From an uncultured Bdellovibrionales bacterium (GTDB taxonomy: Bacteria > Bdellovibrionota_C > UBA2361 > J135): 64,000 nucleotides of DNA. This document shows positions 9,173 through 20,400 of the stretch, in pieces (position 1 is the first letter of the stretch; each line of letters begins with the position of its first letter). The stretch is taken from the NCBI GenBank assembly GCA_964523015.1, contig CAZFXN010000001.1, positions 76,423 through 140,422 on the forward strand, in the 5' to 3' direction. The position numbers were made by a program, and so were the translations under genes. Under the pieces are notes generated by a model. That model ran no database searches, was not told where the DNA came from, and saw only the letters and a list, made by a program, of their open reading frames with translations.

Positions 9173-10534
9173 ATGGCAAAATCAATACGCATTGCAGGTG
9201 GACAGGGATTTTGGGGCGACTGGTTAGAAGCACCTAAAAATCAAGTTAGGCAGGGTCCGATCGATTACTTAGTGATGGACTATCTAGCCGAAATCACGAT
9301 GTCGATCATGATGAAGCAAAAGAGAAAAAATCTTGAATACGGATACGCTTCTGACTTTGTTGAACTTATGTCTGATCTTCTCCCCGACATTACTAAGAAA
9401 AATGTCAAAATTCTCTCAAATGCTGGGGGGGTTAACCCAGTAAGTTGCGCTAAGGCTGTCCGTGAAGTTGCTAACAAATTAGGTATTGGCGATAAAATTA
9501 AAATCGCTGCTATTCATGGTGACGACATTGCTGGGCGCATTGATGAACTAGTTGGTAAGGGTCACAGCCTAAAGAACATGGAGAGTGGTGAATCCGTAAA
9601 TAAGATTAAAGACAAAGTACAGAGTGCTAACGTTTACCTTGGTGCAGATCCAATGGTTAAAGCTCTTAATGAGGGCGCAAATATTATTATAGCTGGGCGT
9701 GTAACTGACACTGGACTTACACTTGCTCCAATGATTCATGAATTTGGTTGGCGCATGACTGATTGGGATAAGATGGCAGCTGGCACAATTGCCGGACATA
9801 CTATTGAGTGCGGTGCGCAATGCTCTGGGGGCAATTGCTCTTATAACTGGGAATCAATTCCTGATATGGCAAATGTTGGTTTTCCAATTATTGAAGCCCA
9901 TCCTGATGGAAGTTTTTACGTTACTAAACACGAGGGCACTGGTGGTCTAGTTGACATGCGAACTGTTAAAGAGCAGCTCCTTTATGAGATGGGGGATCCA
10001 AAAGATTACATTACCCCTGATTGTATTGCTGATTTTTCTTCGATTCAGATAGCTGATGATGGTCCAAATCGAGTAAAGATCTGGGGTATTAAAGGACAGC
10101 CAAAAACTGAATTCTATAAAGTTTCAATAAGTTTTACTGATGGCTATAAAGCAGTTGGGACTTTAGTTTACACCTGGCCCGATGCTGTTAAAAAAGCAAA
10201 GGCTGCTGGAGATATTTTAAAGCAAAGATTTGAAAAACTTGGTCTTAAGTTTGATGAGGTTTTAACGGAATTAGTTGGCGTTAATTCATGTCATGGGCCA
10301 TTAACTGACTCTAAGGATCCTGAAATTCCAGAGGTAACTTTTAGAGTTGGCGTTAGAGGACACGATCAGAAAGCAGTAGAGAGATTTACTCGTGAAATTG
10401 CGCCACTTATACTTACTGGACCACCATCAGTCACCGGTTTTGCTGGCGGTCGACCAAATGTTCAAGAGATTTTAGCATACTGGCCAGCGCTTATTAAAAA
10501 AGAAGTCGTTGAGCCAATAATTGATTATATCTAA
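9173..10534 (+). CDS. Acyclic terpene utilisation AtuA-family protein (DUF1446)
   Basis: Has the N-terminal MAKSIRIAGGQGFWGD motif and matches the family across its full length. Confidence 0.7.
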   Translation: MAKSIRIAGGQGFWGDWLEAPKNQVRQGPIDYLVMDYLAEITMSIMMKQKRKNLEYGYASDFVELMSDLLPDITKKNVKILSNAGGVNPVSCAKAVREVANKLGIGDKIKIAAIHGDDIAGRIDELVGKGHSLKNMESGESVNKIKDKVQSANVYLGADPMVKALNEGANIIIAGRVTDTGLTLAPMIHEFGWRMTDWDKMAAGTIAGHTIECGAQCSGGNCSYNWESIPDMANVGFPIIEAHPDGSFYVTKHEGTGGLVDMRTVKEQLLYEMGDPKDYITPDCIADFSSIQIADDGPNRVKIWGIKGQPKTEFYKVSISFTDGYKAVGTLVYTWPDAVKKAKAAGDILKQRFEKLGLKFDEVLTELVGVNSCHGPLTDSKDPEIPEVTFRVGVRGHDQKAVERFTREIAPLILTGPPSVTGFAGGRPNVQEILAYWPALIKKEVVEPIIDYI

Positions 10535-10555
10535 AAGTGTATTTAGGAAATTTTT

Positions 10556-10870
10556 ATGGCAAAGATTCAGTTAAAAGATATCGCTCATGCCCGCTCAGGA
10601 GATAAAGGCGACACAGCAAACGTTGGACTTATTGCTATCAACCCTACTGATTATCCAATCATACAAAAGCACGTCACTGCTCAGAAAGTAAAAGAGCACT
10701 TTAAAGGGATCTGTTTAGGAGAAGTTGAAAGGTTTGAATTGCCGAATTTGGGAGCGCTTAATTTTCTACTTCATCAAAGTCTTGGTGGTGGTGGAACGCT
10801 ATCTCTTAAAACTGATGCCCAGGGCAAAACTTACGCTGCGGCACTTTTAAGAATGTATATTGAAACTTGA
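10556..10870 (+). CDS. DUF4387 small protein, the usual partner of AtuA/DUF1446
   Basis: The sequence MAKIQLKDIAHARSGDKGDTANVGLIA... is typical of DUF4387. It lies directly downstream of the DUF1446 gene. Confidence 0.6.
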   Translation: MAKIQLKDIAHARSGDKGDTANVGLIAINPTDYPIIQKHVTAQKVKEHFKGICLGEVERFELPNLGALNFLLHQSLGGGGTLSLKTDAQGKTYAAALLRMYIET

Positions 10871-10883
10871 TAGCAGCAGAAAA

Positions 10884-11681
10884 TTACTTTCGATAATATT
10901 TAAACATCCTCATTACTAAAGTAAGGAGGGAAGATCTCTTGCCAACTCGCTTTAACTCAACTGCTGGATCTAACACTAAATTTCTAATTGATTTAACAGG
11001 ATCACTTTCATCATAAGGACCTACTGCTAGAGTTGCATAAGTCCCAAATCGTTTTTCTTCTCCATGAAATGGCAACGGATCTGACCCTCCTATTACCTTG
11101 ATTCCATGGGATCCTGAGGTACGCATAAGTTTTGGCTCAGGACAAAGTATTGGTCGCAAGGTAGTATCGCAGAGCAGAAGCGGTCGCATCTTTGGATCGT
11201 TAACAATTCCTGAAATTATTTTGCCCCGCTTAAATAACCATTTACCAGGTGCCCAATTAATAACAGGAATACCACCCGCATCCCAGATAAGTTTAAAAAT
11301 CTCAGAAAACGACAACTCTCTATCAGGAATATCTACATCAACTGTAAATGCTAAAATTTCTAAACGCTCTTTTGAAACAATTTGCCGTCCAGGAATTATT
11401 AAAAGCTTCTCTCCCGTTTCAAAATAAAGGCGTACTGCTGGTGCACTTCCACTGACTACCTCAACTTTAATACTTGGATCAATGTCGATCCTTTGACTCT
11501 TACAGATATCTTTAAAAAAATGACAATCATTTCTCTCAGTCAGACAAACAGCATAGATGGGTAAAGTGCCTTCACCATGAAAACTATTAGTTAAATTTGT
11601 AAGAGCTGTCCTAAGGGCAATACCCTGATCGTACTCAGGATAGATATGGATATGGGCATCAATTAAAAATGTATTATTCAT
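10884..11681 (-). CDS. Metal-dependent hydrolase of the amidohydrolase/TIM-barrel type (hypothetical)
   Basis: The N-terminus has IDAHIHIYP, a metal-binding HxH motif. Confidence 0.4.
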   Translation of the reverse strand: MNNTFLIDAHIHIYPEYDQGIALRTALTNLTNSFHGEGTLPIYAVCLTERNDCHFFKDICKSQRIDIDPSIKVEVVSGSAPAVRLYFETGEKLLIIPGRQIVSKERLEILAFTVDVDIPDRELSFSEIFKLIWDAGGIPVINWAPGKWLFKRGKIISGIVNDPKMRPLLLCDTTLRPILCPEPKLMRTSGSHGIKVIGGSDPLPFHGEEKRFGTYATLAVGPYDESDPVKSIRNLVLDPAVELKRVGKRSSLLTLVMRMFKYYRK

Positions 11682-11786
11682 CTCGAGGGGTTATGGTATA
11701 GATGCCGCATCAAATTTGCAATTCTCTATTATTTCATGTAGTTAGCGTTACTCTGTACTTCATTTCTCTGTACTTTATTTATTAGT

Positions 11787-12890
11787 TTGAATGCAACCAT
11801 GTCTAATCAGGCAATCAGTCTTCCGTTTGGTACCAAAGTTCTTGTAACTGGAGCAACTGGCTTTACTGGATCAGTATTGGTTAAGCGCTTAGTTGAAATG
11901 GGACTCTCTGTTAGAGCAGTTGCCAGATCCACATCGAATACAACTCAATTTAAAGATCTGCCGATCGACTGGGTTAAAGGTGACGTATACGATCCAGAAA
12001 TTGTAAAATCAGCGATGAAAGACATTGAATACGTTTTTCATGTTGCAGCAGCCTTTAGAGAAGCAAAGATCAAGGATGAGGACTATCATAATGTCCATGT
12101 TGCAAGCACAAAACTTTTAGCTGCTGAAGCTCTAAAGAATCCAAATTTCAAGAGATTCGTTCATGTTTCCACAATGGGTGTACATGGACATATTGATGAG
12201 CCACCTGCAGATGAAAATTATCGGTATGCGCCAGGCGATATTTATCAAGATACTAAACTAGAAGCCGAGCTTTGGATCCGTGTGTTTGCTAAAGAGACAG
12301 GATTGCCAATCTCAGTAATTAGACCAGCCGCTATTATGGGTCCTGGAGATAAGCGCCTTCTTAAGGTTTTTAAGATGGCCGGAAAACCGATATTCCCATT
12401 ACTTGGATTTGGCAAATGCCTCTACCACTTAATTCATGTTGAAGATCTAGCGACTGGAATAATCTTATGTGCCACCCATCCAGCAGCACTTAATGATGTG
12501 TTTATCTGTGGTAATAGTGAACCGATCAAATTAGTTGATATGGGGAAAATTGTCGCAAATATTTTGGGAAACAAGTTCACCATTATTAGAATGCCGGTGA
12601 CTCCATTTTTTATCGCTGGTGCAATCTGCGAAATTATCTGTAAACCATTTGGGATTGAGCCTCCAATATATCGACGACGTGTTGCCTTTTATACAAAGGA
12701 CAGGGCTTTTAATACGACAAAAATTAGAGAGAAGCTTGGCTTTAAGCCTGCTTATGAAAATAGAGCGGGGATTGAGGCAACCGCTCATTGGTACATTAAA
12801 AATGGCTGGCTTAAGTGCAATAATTCTGTGACCAGTGACATGATAACTGCTCAGCCATTATCAGAGCAATTATCAGATCAAAAATATTAA
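11787..12890 (+). CDS. NAD-dependent epimerase/dehydratase (3-beta-HSD / SDR family)
   Basis: Has the VLVTGATGFTGSVLV Rossmann motif and the YxxxK region. Confidence 0.75.
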   Translation: MNATMSNQAISLPFGTKVLVTGATGFTGSVLVKRLVEMGLSVRAVARSTSNTTQFKDLPIDWVKGDVYDPEIVKSAMKDIEYVFHVAAAFREAKIKDEDYHNVHVASTKLLAAEALKNPNFKRFVHVSTMGVHGHIDEPPADENYRYAPGDIYQDTKLEAELWIRVFAKETGLPISVIRPAAIMGPGDKRLLKVFKMAGKPIFPLLGFGKCLYHLIHVEDLATGIILCATHPAALNDVFICGNSEPIKLVDMGKIVANILGNKFTIIRMPVTPFFIAGAICEIICKPFGIEPPIYRRRVAFYTKDRAFNTTKIREKLGFKPAYENRAGIEATAHWYIKNGWLKCNNSVTSDMITAQPLSEQLSDQKY

Positions 12891-12901
12891 GGGAGATAGT
12901 A

Positions 12902-14164
12902 GTGATTAATTCGATAACTCTTTTAGGATCATCATCAGGTAGAAATGCTGGGGACGCTGCCCTCATGTCTGGAATCATGGACTCAGTAGATTTAGAGCTT
13001 AAACAAAGAACTCTTTATGAGATCCCAACTATTAATCCATCTTTTGTCCATAAAGAGTATCATCATAATGTTAAACCGATCAGTGTTCTTCCTTGGAATC
13101 TTTCGATTAAATTATTAGGCCTACCAACCTACCAATCTGTAATGCGAACAGATCTAAGTCTTATCTTTGATGCCGTACTTTTTGATCGGGCTCTATATAA
13201 TCCTCTCTTTAACTTTCTCTCCACATTTTATCTTATGCTTCCAAGAGCAAAGCGAAATGGGAAAAAGTTAGGTTGTTATAATGTTGGTCTTGGTCCAGTT
13301 ACGACACCAACTGGTAGAAGCATGCTTCGTGATGTTTTAGAAGAGATGGATTTTATTGCTGTTCGTGATGAGGGTGCGCTGAAAGTCATGGAGGATATTG
13401 GTGTCACTAACCCAAGAAAACTCTTAACTGCAGATGCTGCTCTTAATGCTCCTGCCTCTCCAAAGGAACGGGTTGGAGAAATATTAAATTCTGTAGGACT
13501 AAAGTTAGGGGAAGATATTTTAGCAATCAACATCAACACCTATTTAGATACCTGGGCTGGATTATCCACAAAGCCACTTACTGAAGAACAATTTCTCTCT
13601 GTATTTGCTGATGCAATCAACCAGCTATTAGAAAAACATTCTGTACCTGTACTTTTTGTTTGTACTTATCACTCAGATGTCGACATCACTAATAAACTTA
13701 AAGCACGGATTAAATCAAAAGAGAGAATTGCCATCCTTAGCAACAAAGAGCTAACCCATATTGAAGTGAAGGGCGTACTAAGAGAGGTTTCTCTCTTAGT
13801 TGCTATGCGTTTACATGCGGGAATTCTTGCTTCCTCTGAACTTACTCCAGTGATCGGGCTAGCTTATCAACCAAAAGTAAATTTCTACTTTGAAATGCTA
13901 CAACAGGAGCAGTATTGTCATTCCTTTGCTGACTTTAATGCACAGTACTTCACTGAAGCTATTATTCGTGGCTGGGAAGAGCGAAAAACAATGAAAGCGC
14001 ATTTAGTGAAACGAATACCGGAATTACAGGCTAAAGCTTTTAATGGGGCTAAGTTGGTAGCAGCAGTAAGTCGTGGTGAGAATATTGAAAAACTCATTCA
14101 CTCCTTGCAATCTGAAAACTTAGCTCATGGGTATGGAAATCAACAATCTTCAGTAGCAATGTAG
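12902..14164 (+). CDS. Polysaccharide pyruvyl transferase family protein (GTG start)
   Basis: The N-terminus LLGSSSGRNAGDAALMSGI is typical of the CsaB/WcaK pyruvyl transferase family. Confidence 0.65.
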   Translation: MINSITLLGSSSGRNAGDAALMSGIMDSVDLELKQRTLYEIPTINPSFVHKEYHHNVKPISVLPWNLSIKLLGLPTYQSVMRTDLSLIFDAVLFDRALYNPLFNFLSTFYLMLPRAKRNGKKLGCYNVGLGPVTTPTGRSMLRDVLEEMDFIAVRDEGALKVMEDIGVTNPRKLLTADAALNAPASPKERVGEILNSVGLKLGEDILAININTYLDTWAGLSTKPLTEEQFLSVFADAINQLLEKHSVPVLFVCTYHSDVDITNKLKARIKSKERIAILSNKELTHIEVKGVLREVSLLVAMRLHAGILASSELTPVIGLAYQPKVNFYFEMLQQEQYCHSFADFNAQYFTEAIIRGWEERKTMKAHLVKRIPELQAKAFNGAKLVAAVSRGENIEKLIHSLQSENLAHGYGNQQSSVAM

Positions 14165-14178
14165 GATAGTAATTATTT

Positions 14179-15507
14179 ATGCTAGAGCAGACTTCTGAAC
14201 TAAATAATCTAACTCAGCAAATCCCTGTGCCTGCAAAGGCTATTCCATCACTTAGCGGCAAGAGAGTACTCTACATACTTCCACAACCTTTTTTCATGAC
14301 CCGTGGAAGTTCATTTCGTGCACTGGCAACAATCAAAGGACTTGCCTCTCAAGGAGTTACGGTTGATGTAGTAGCTTTTCCTTTAGGCGAAGAGATTAAC
14401 ATACCAGGTGTTTCATTATTTAGATCATTTAGAGTCCCAGGAATTAGACACGTTCCGATTGGTCCTTCTGTTAGAAAAATATTATTTGATTCCCTTTTAT
14501 TACTACGTTGTACTATCCAGGTTTTGAAATCTCGCTATGACGTTATTCACGGAGTAGAAGAGGGCGGCATAATCGCAGCCATTCTTGGAAAAATTTTTAA
14601 AGTTCCCTATATTTTTGATATGCATTCTTGGATGTCAGTACAACTTGAAGATGCTGGGTTCACTCATCCTAAAAGTTTGCTTAAAATTTTTAGATACATA
14701 GAAACTATCTGTATTAGACATGCATCAGTGCTAATTACTGTTGGCTCAGCACTTACATATAAAGCTTCTAAAATCGCTCCTAAAGTTCCAGGATTTACCC
14801 TTGAAGATCACGCTTTAGATGTGAGTCCTGTTAGTCCATTTGAAAAAGAAGACTTAAGACGGGAACTCAAGATCGGTGAGCGTCCAGTTGTTTTGTATAC
14901 TGGCAACTTTGAAAGTTATCAGGGGATAGACCTCCTCATTGAAGGATATGCTCATTTTATTAACCAAACTCGGAGCATAAAAACTGACAAGAGTTTACCT
15001 GTCCTACTGCTTGTTGGTGGAGGAGACCAAAATAGTTCCTTAGTTGTAAATTACAAAAAACGCATTGATGAACTTGGAATTCAAGATTCAGTTGTATTTG
15101 TCGGGCAACGGGGATGGAATGAGATGGGACTTTTCATGGATATCTCTCAAGTTCTAGTATCTCCGCGTGTCAATGGAGAGAATACTCCCTTAAAGGTTTA
15201 TAGCTACATGGCTGCCGGTAAAATTATAGTAGCTACAAAAATTAGTTCCCATACTCAAGTTTTAAATGATGAAAACTCAATCTTAGCTGATCCAAGCCCA
15301 GCATCATTAGCAAAGGCATTAACCGAAGCATTAGATACCTCACCTGAAGTCATTGGAAAACATGCTGAAAAACTAGCTAGAGCAAAAGAAGCAGCGGAGT
15401 CTCGTTTTACTGAGAGAAGTTTCTTTAGGCAGATTGCCGCGTGTTACAAAGTAATATTTGATCCTCTCCTATCTTGTGCCTTAATCTTAAGCTCTCAGTT
15501 TATTTAA
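14179..15507 (+). CDS. Glycosyltransferase family 4 (GT-B, group 1)
   Basis: The C-terminal GT1 region ...LLLVGGGDQ...VVFVGQRG...SPRVNGENTPLKVYSYMAAGKIIVAT matches the GT4 family. Confidence 0.75.
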   Translation: MLEQTSELNNLTQQIPVPAKAIPSLSGKRVLYILPQPFFMTRGSSFRALATIKGLASQGVTVDVVAFPLGEEINIPGVSLFRSFRVPGIRHVPIGPSVRKILFDSLLLLRCTIQVLKSRYDVIHGVEEGGIIAAILGKIFKVPYIFDMHSWMSVQLEDAGFTHPKSLLKIFRYIETICIRHASVLITVGSALTYKASKIAPKVPGFTLEDHALDVSPVSPFEKEDLRRELKIGERPVVLYTGNFESYQGIDLLIEGYAHFINQTRSIKTDKSLPVLLLVGGGDQNSSLVVNYKKRIDELGIQDSVVFVGQRGWNEMGLFMDISQVLVSPRVNGENTPLKVYSYMAAGKIIVATKISSHTQVLNDENSILADPSPASLAKALTEALDTSPEVIGKHAEKLARAKEAAESRFTERSFFRQIAACYKVIFDPLLSCALILSSQFI

Positions 15508-15510
15508 TAT

Positions 15511-16446
15511 ATGGCTAATGTAATTGTAACAGGTGGTGCTGGTTTTATTGGGTCTCACCTTGTTGATATGATGATCTCTGAAGGTCATCAAGTAACTGTA
15601 ATTGACGATCTCTCAACTGGCACTAAAGATAATCTTAATCAAAAAGCTTCCTTAAAAGTTCTCGATATATGTTCTCCTGAAGCAGCTATAGAGATCGCTA
15701 AACTACAGCCAGAAATCATCATTCATGCCGCAGCTCAGATATCAGTTCGAGTAAGTATGGCCGATCCGCTTTTTGATGCAAAAATTAATATTTTAGGCCT
15801 TGTTAATATACTTGAAGCTTTTAAAGGCAAAAAACTTCCTTATTTTATGTTCCTCTGTACTGGTGGCGCTTTATATGGTGAGCAATTGACCTTTCCAGCT
15901 ACTGAAGATCATCCAATCAATCCGACTAGTTTTTATGGATTAACTAAATCTCTTAGCGAGCACTATCTTAAATTTTGGCAAAATCAATTTGGTCTTAATT
16001 ATGTTTCATTAAGACTTGCCAATGTATATGGACCTCGTCAAAATTGCGATGGAGAATCAGGAGTAGTTGCAATTTTTTGTAAATCCCTACTTTCTGAAAA
16101 AGCCCCGATAGTTAATGGCACAGGAGAGCAAACCCGAGACTATATATTTGTTGAGGACGTAGTTAATGCTTTTAGATTAGCTCAAAGAAATCGTCCTACA
16201 GGCTCCTATAATATTGGAACAGGTTGCGAAACCTCTGTGATTGACCTTTTAAGTTCTCTAAATAAAGCACTTGAATCAAATATCGCTGTCAATATTGCTG
16301 CACAACATGGCCCAGTTAAATCAGGGGAACAACTTAGAAGTGTAATTAGCCCTAACAAGGCACTAGAAACATTCGGTTGGAAACCACTTATAGATTTAAA
16401 CTCCGGCCTTTCAAAGACTGCGAGTTGGTTTAGAGAGAATAAATAA
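15511..16446 (+). CDS. NAD-dependent epimerase/dehydratase (GalE / UDP-sugar epimerase-like)
   Basis: Has VIVTGGAGFIGSHLV and the YGLTK catalytic motif. Confidence 0.8.
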   Translation: MANVIVTGGAGFIGSHLVDMMISEGHQVTVIDDLSTGTKDNLNQKASLKVLDICSPEAAIEIAKLQPEIIIHAAAQISVRVSMADPLFDAKINILGLVNILEAFKGKKLPYFMFLCTGGALYGEQLTFPATEDHPINPTSFYGLTKSLSEHYLKFWQNQFGLNYVSLRLANVYGPRQNCDGESGVVAIFCKSLLSEKAPIVNGTGEQTRDYIFVEDVVNAFRLAQRNRPTGSYNIGTGCETSVIDLLSSLNKALESNIAVNIAAQHGPVKSGEQLRSVISPNKALETFGWKPLIDLNSGLSKTASWFRENK

Positions 16447-16451
16447 AATAA

Positions 16452-17432
16452 TTAGCTGGCAGTAACAGCTTCTGCTTCTTTGATCCGATTGCGCCAAGTA
16501 AACATTATTAAAGCTCCAGGAATCGAGACTACTATGTACTGAATGACATGTTGAGTTATCACCATTGCCAAAGCGAGCTCAGGCCCAATACCAACAGACA
16601 TCAACACAGTTTTGGTGACTGCTTCAATAACTCCAATTCCTCCAGGGGCAGCAGGAATAAGAGAGCTAAAATTAACTGTCACCATAAAAAGAATAAAGAA
16701 CGACATATCGAGATCAATTCCGTAAGCTAGTCCAACAAAGATATAAACACTAAGCTCAACTAACCAGATAAATGCCGACCAGAGACTTACAATCAATAAG
16801 CGGGATCTGTTAAACAAAGGACTTAAGCCCTCAATAAAGATTTTGACTCTTTGTAATGTATAGTTAGCTGCCTTATGACCTATCCGATCATTAAATTTCT
16901 CGATCTTTTTAAAAACTTTTTCTCTAAAAAATAAAGTTATACCAACTCCAATGGTTACTGCAGCAAAAAGATAGGCAACATAAAGTAATTCATGTGAAAG
17001 CTCTTGCCCGCCTAGTCCAAATGAGAACAAAACAAAGAACAAGCTTAAGGTAACACCATCAAGGAGTCTTTCACTTGCAATAGTGGCTAAAACCAAAGTT
17101 CTGGTTAATCCAGTAACCTTTCCTCCCATATGTGCTCTTACTAACTCCCCGGCTCGTGCTGGCAACACATTGTTCATAAAAAAGCCGAGGACTAAAACCC
17201 GAACAGAATCAACATAATTAATGGATTTTTTTGCCGGAAATAGAAATTGCCACCTTCTGCCACGACAGAGATAAGAAGTGATCGTTAAACCTAAAGCACA
17301 GAAGAGGTAAAGTTTATTTGCCGAACGTGCATGATCCACTAACTCAGTCCAATCAACGGAGTGAAAAGCATAGTACAAAGCTAGTATAGTAATGCCCCAG
17401 GCTAAAATTATTTTGATTGATGATCGATTCAA
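16452..17432 (-). CDS. Flippase-like (UPF0104) / lysylphosphatidylglycerol-synthase-TM-domain family membrane protein
   Basis: A polytopic membrane protein. The family is commonly found in glycolipid and polysaccharide loci. Confidence 0.55.
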   Translation of the reverse strand: MNRSSIKIILAWGITILALYYAFHSVDWTELVDHARSANKLYLFCALGLTITSYLCRGRRWQFLFPAKKSINYVDSVRVLVLGFFMNNVLPARAGELVRAHMGGKVTGLTRTLVLATIASERLLDGVTLSLFFVLFSFGLGGQELSHELLYVAYLFAAVTIGVGITLFFREKVFKKIEKFNDRIGHKAANYTLQRVKIFIEGLSPLFNRSRLLIVSLWSAFIWLVELSVYIFVGLAYGIDLDMSFFILFMVTVNFSSLIPAAPGGIGVIEAVTKTVLMSVGIGPELALAMVITQHVIQYIVVSIPGALIMFTWRNRIKEAEAVTAS

Positions 17433-17444
17433 GAGATCCCTTAC

Positions 17445-20400
17445 TTACCGTTTGACAGAAATAGTTACACTCTTACCTTCAACATCGTGATCTTGGATAA
17501 GATCTCCAACCTGGCACTTTGATGTACTATGTATCAGGTTAACTGTTAAAGTTTCATCCTGAATATAGTCAGAAAATTGTTTTAAACAATCTGATATATC
17601 GTTAGTTGTAAAATACTCAACTGTAATTCTATCTGAGACATCAAAATTAGCCTCTTTTCTCATCCTTTGTACACGGTTTACAAATTCCCTAGAGATTCCC
17701 TCAGCCAGTAAATCAGGCGTAAGCTTAGTATCAAAATAAACAGTTATCCCCTTCCCTGTCTCGATATTGATTCCACCCTTAGCTTCTCTTCTAACCTCAA
17801 TAAGATTCTTATCAAGCTCCTTACCAAGTACAGTAATTTTTCCACCATCTTCAAGCTGATGGATAGCGTTAAGATCCAAAGATGAGAGGATTTTTGAAAC
17901 TTGTCCCATCTCCTTTCCAAAGATTGGACCGAGTGCACGAAAATCTGGTTTGACAGTGACTGTTACTAGATCCTCTTCCTTTGATGAAAAGAAAACATCT
18001 TTTACATTAAGCTCCTCTTTTATGTGATGCTCATACTCCTTTAGCACTTTTGCGTCATCTTGATCTCTAGTCACAACAGTTATGGAGGCAAGTGGTTGCC
18101 GCACTTTAAGATCAGCCCTAGATCTTAAAGATCTGCCTAATCCAACAACATTACTGATCAGATTCATATCGTGTTCGAGTTTGAGATCAGTTAGCTTTAC
18201 ATCAGCTAAAGGATAATCATTAAGATGAACACTCTCTTTGGCTTCTGGCATTAAAGTTATTAGATTGCGATATATCTCCTCAGTAACAAATGGCAAAAAT
18301 GGTGCTAATGTTTTAGTAAATCCAATCAAAATATAATAAAGAGTATTATATCCAGACTGCTTATCCGCTTTGTCATCTGACCAAAAACGACGACGAGATC
18401 GCCTGATGTACCAATTTGTAAGCTCTTCAAGAAAATCTAGCAGTGCCGGGACTACCGCATAGAGATGATATAGGGCCATCTCTTTTTCAATCTTTGTAAG
18501 TAAAGTTTGAAAACGGGAGATTATCCAGCGATCTAAAGAGTTTTGAGAAGCTGTGAGATCCGCATCAGGTTTGAACTGATCAACATTGGCGTAAGTCGTA
18601 AAAAATGAATAAACGTTCCAAAGAGGAAGCATGACACTACGAACAATCTCTTTTACTCCCGCTTCAGTGAACCTGAGGTTTTCTCCCTTAACCGCTGAGG
18701 AGTTAATCATAAACAGTCTTAGCGAATCAGCTCCATGCTTATCAATTACCTCCATCGGATCAGGGTAATTCTTAAGACGTTTAGACATCTTTTTGCCGTC
18801 TTCAGCCAAGATAATGCCGTTAACAATAACATTTTTAAACGGAGCCTTTTTAAAAAGAGTTGTAGAGAGAACCATCAGGGTATAAAACCATCCGCGTGTT
18901 TGATCTAACCCTTCTGCGATAAAATCAGCAGGAAAACTCTTCTCAAATTTCTCTTTATTCTCAAATGGATAATGAAGTTGTGCATAAGGCATAGCACCAG
19001 ACTCAAACCAACAATCAAGAACCTCAGGCGTACGATTCATTTGACCGCTACATTTTTCACATTGCCAATGCAGCTCATCAACGAAGTGCGTATGAAGATC
19101 TTTTACTTCATGGCCAACTTTTTTTTCTAATTCAGCTTTAGATTCTAAGCATTCCTTATGATCACATTTATCACAGATCCAGATTGGCAGCGGATTTCCC
19201 CAGAAGCGATTTCTAGAAATATTCCAATCCCGTGCTCCCTCAAGCCATTTTCCAAATCTTCCATCCTTAATATGCTCTGGCACCCAAGTTATCGTGTCAT
19301 TATTTTTGAGCATTGCCTCTCTCTGATCTTCAACCTTTACGTACCAGGCCTTAAGCGCCTTATACATAAGAGGAGTATCTGAGCGTTCACAGAACGGATA
19401 TGAATGGCTGATCGTTTCCTGTTTAAAAAGAAGCTCTTTGTCTTTTAAATACTTAATTATATTTTTCTCAGCTTCTTTTATATTCTGTCCAGCAAAGTCA
19501 GTAACCTGAGATACAAAATTCCCCTCAGCATCTACTGAATCAACAAGTTCGATCTTGTTTACTGCTAGTATTCGTCCATCATCCTCACCATGAGGAGCCA
19601 TATGCACTAATCCAGTACCCTCTTCAGTGGTTACAAATTCATCAAGAACTACTTTAAATCCAGTATCCGAACGATCTGCATAAAAATAGCTAAAGAGTGG
19701 TTCATATTTAAGACCAGCTAACTCTTGTCCAGTGAAAGATTTAACAACTTCGTACTCTTTTTTATTTTTGAAATAAGCATCAAGGCGTGCTTCCGCTAAG
19801 ATGACCTCTTCAGTCCCTAGTTTTACTTGGACATATTTTATTTCAGGATGAACACAGACCCCTAGATTCGATGGCAACGTCCAGGCAGTAGTCGTCCAAG
19901 CCAAAAGGGACACTTTTGGATCCTTTTTTAATTTGAACCGAACTGTAACTGCGGCATCTTGAACATCTTTATAATTTGAACTCGCTTCAAAGTTTGATAA
20001 CGGAGTAGCCAGTCGCCAGCTATACGGCATAATTCGGTGGCCTTGATAAACTCGATCGTTATCCCAAAGCTGTTTAAAAACCCACCAAACAGAGTCCATG
20101 AAGGACGCATCCATCGTTTTGTAATCGTTTTCAAAATCAATCCAACGACCTAAACGATTAGTTACGTACTCCCATTCTTTGACATACTTCATCACGCCGG
20201 TGCGACAAGCTTCATTAAACTTAGCAACGCCATAGTTAAGAATGGAGGTGCGCCCACTTAATTCAAGATCTTTTTCAACGATCGTCTCGATAGGCAAGCC
20301 ATGACAATCCCAACCAAATCGCCGCTCAACATACGCTCCTTTCATAGCGTAGTAACGAGGAATTATATCTTTGATAGTACCAGCTAAAAGATGCCCATAG

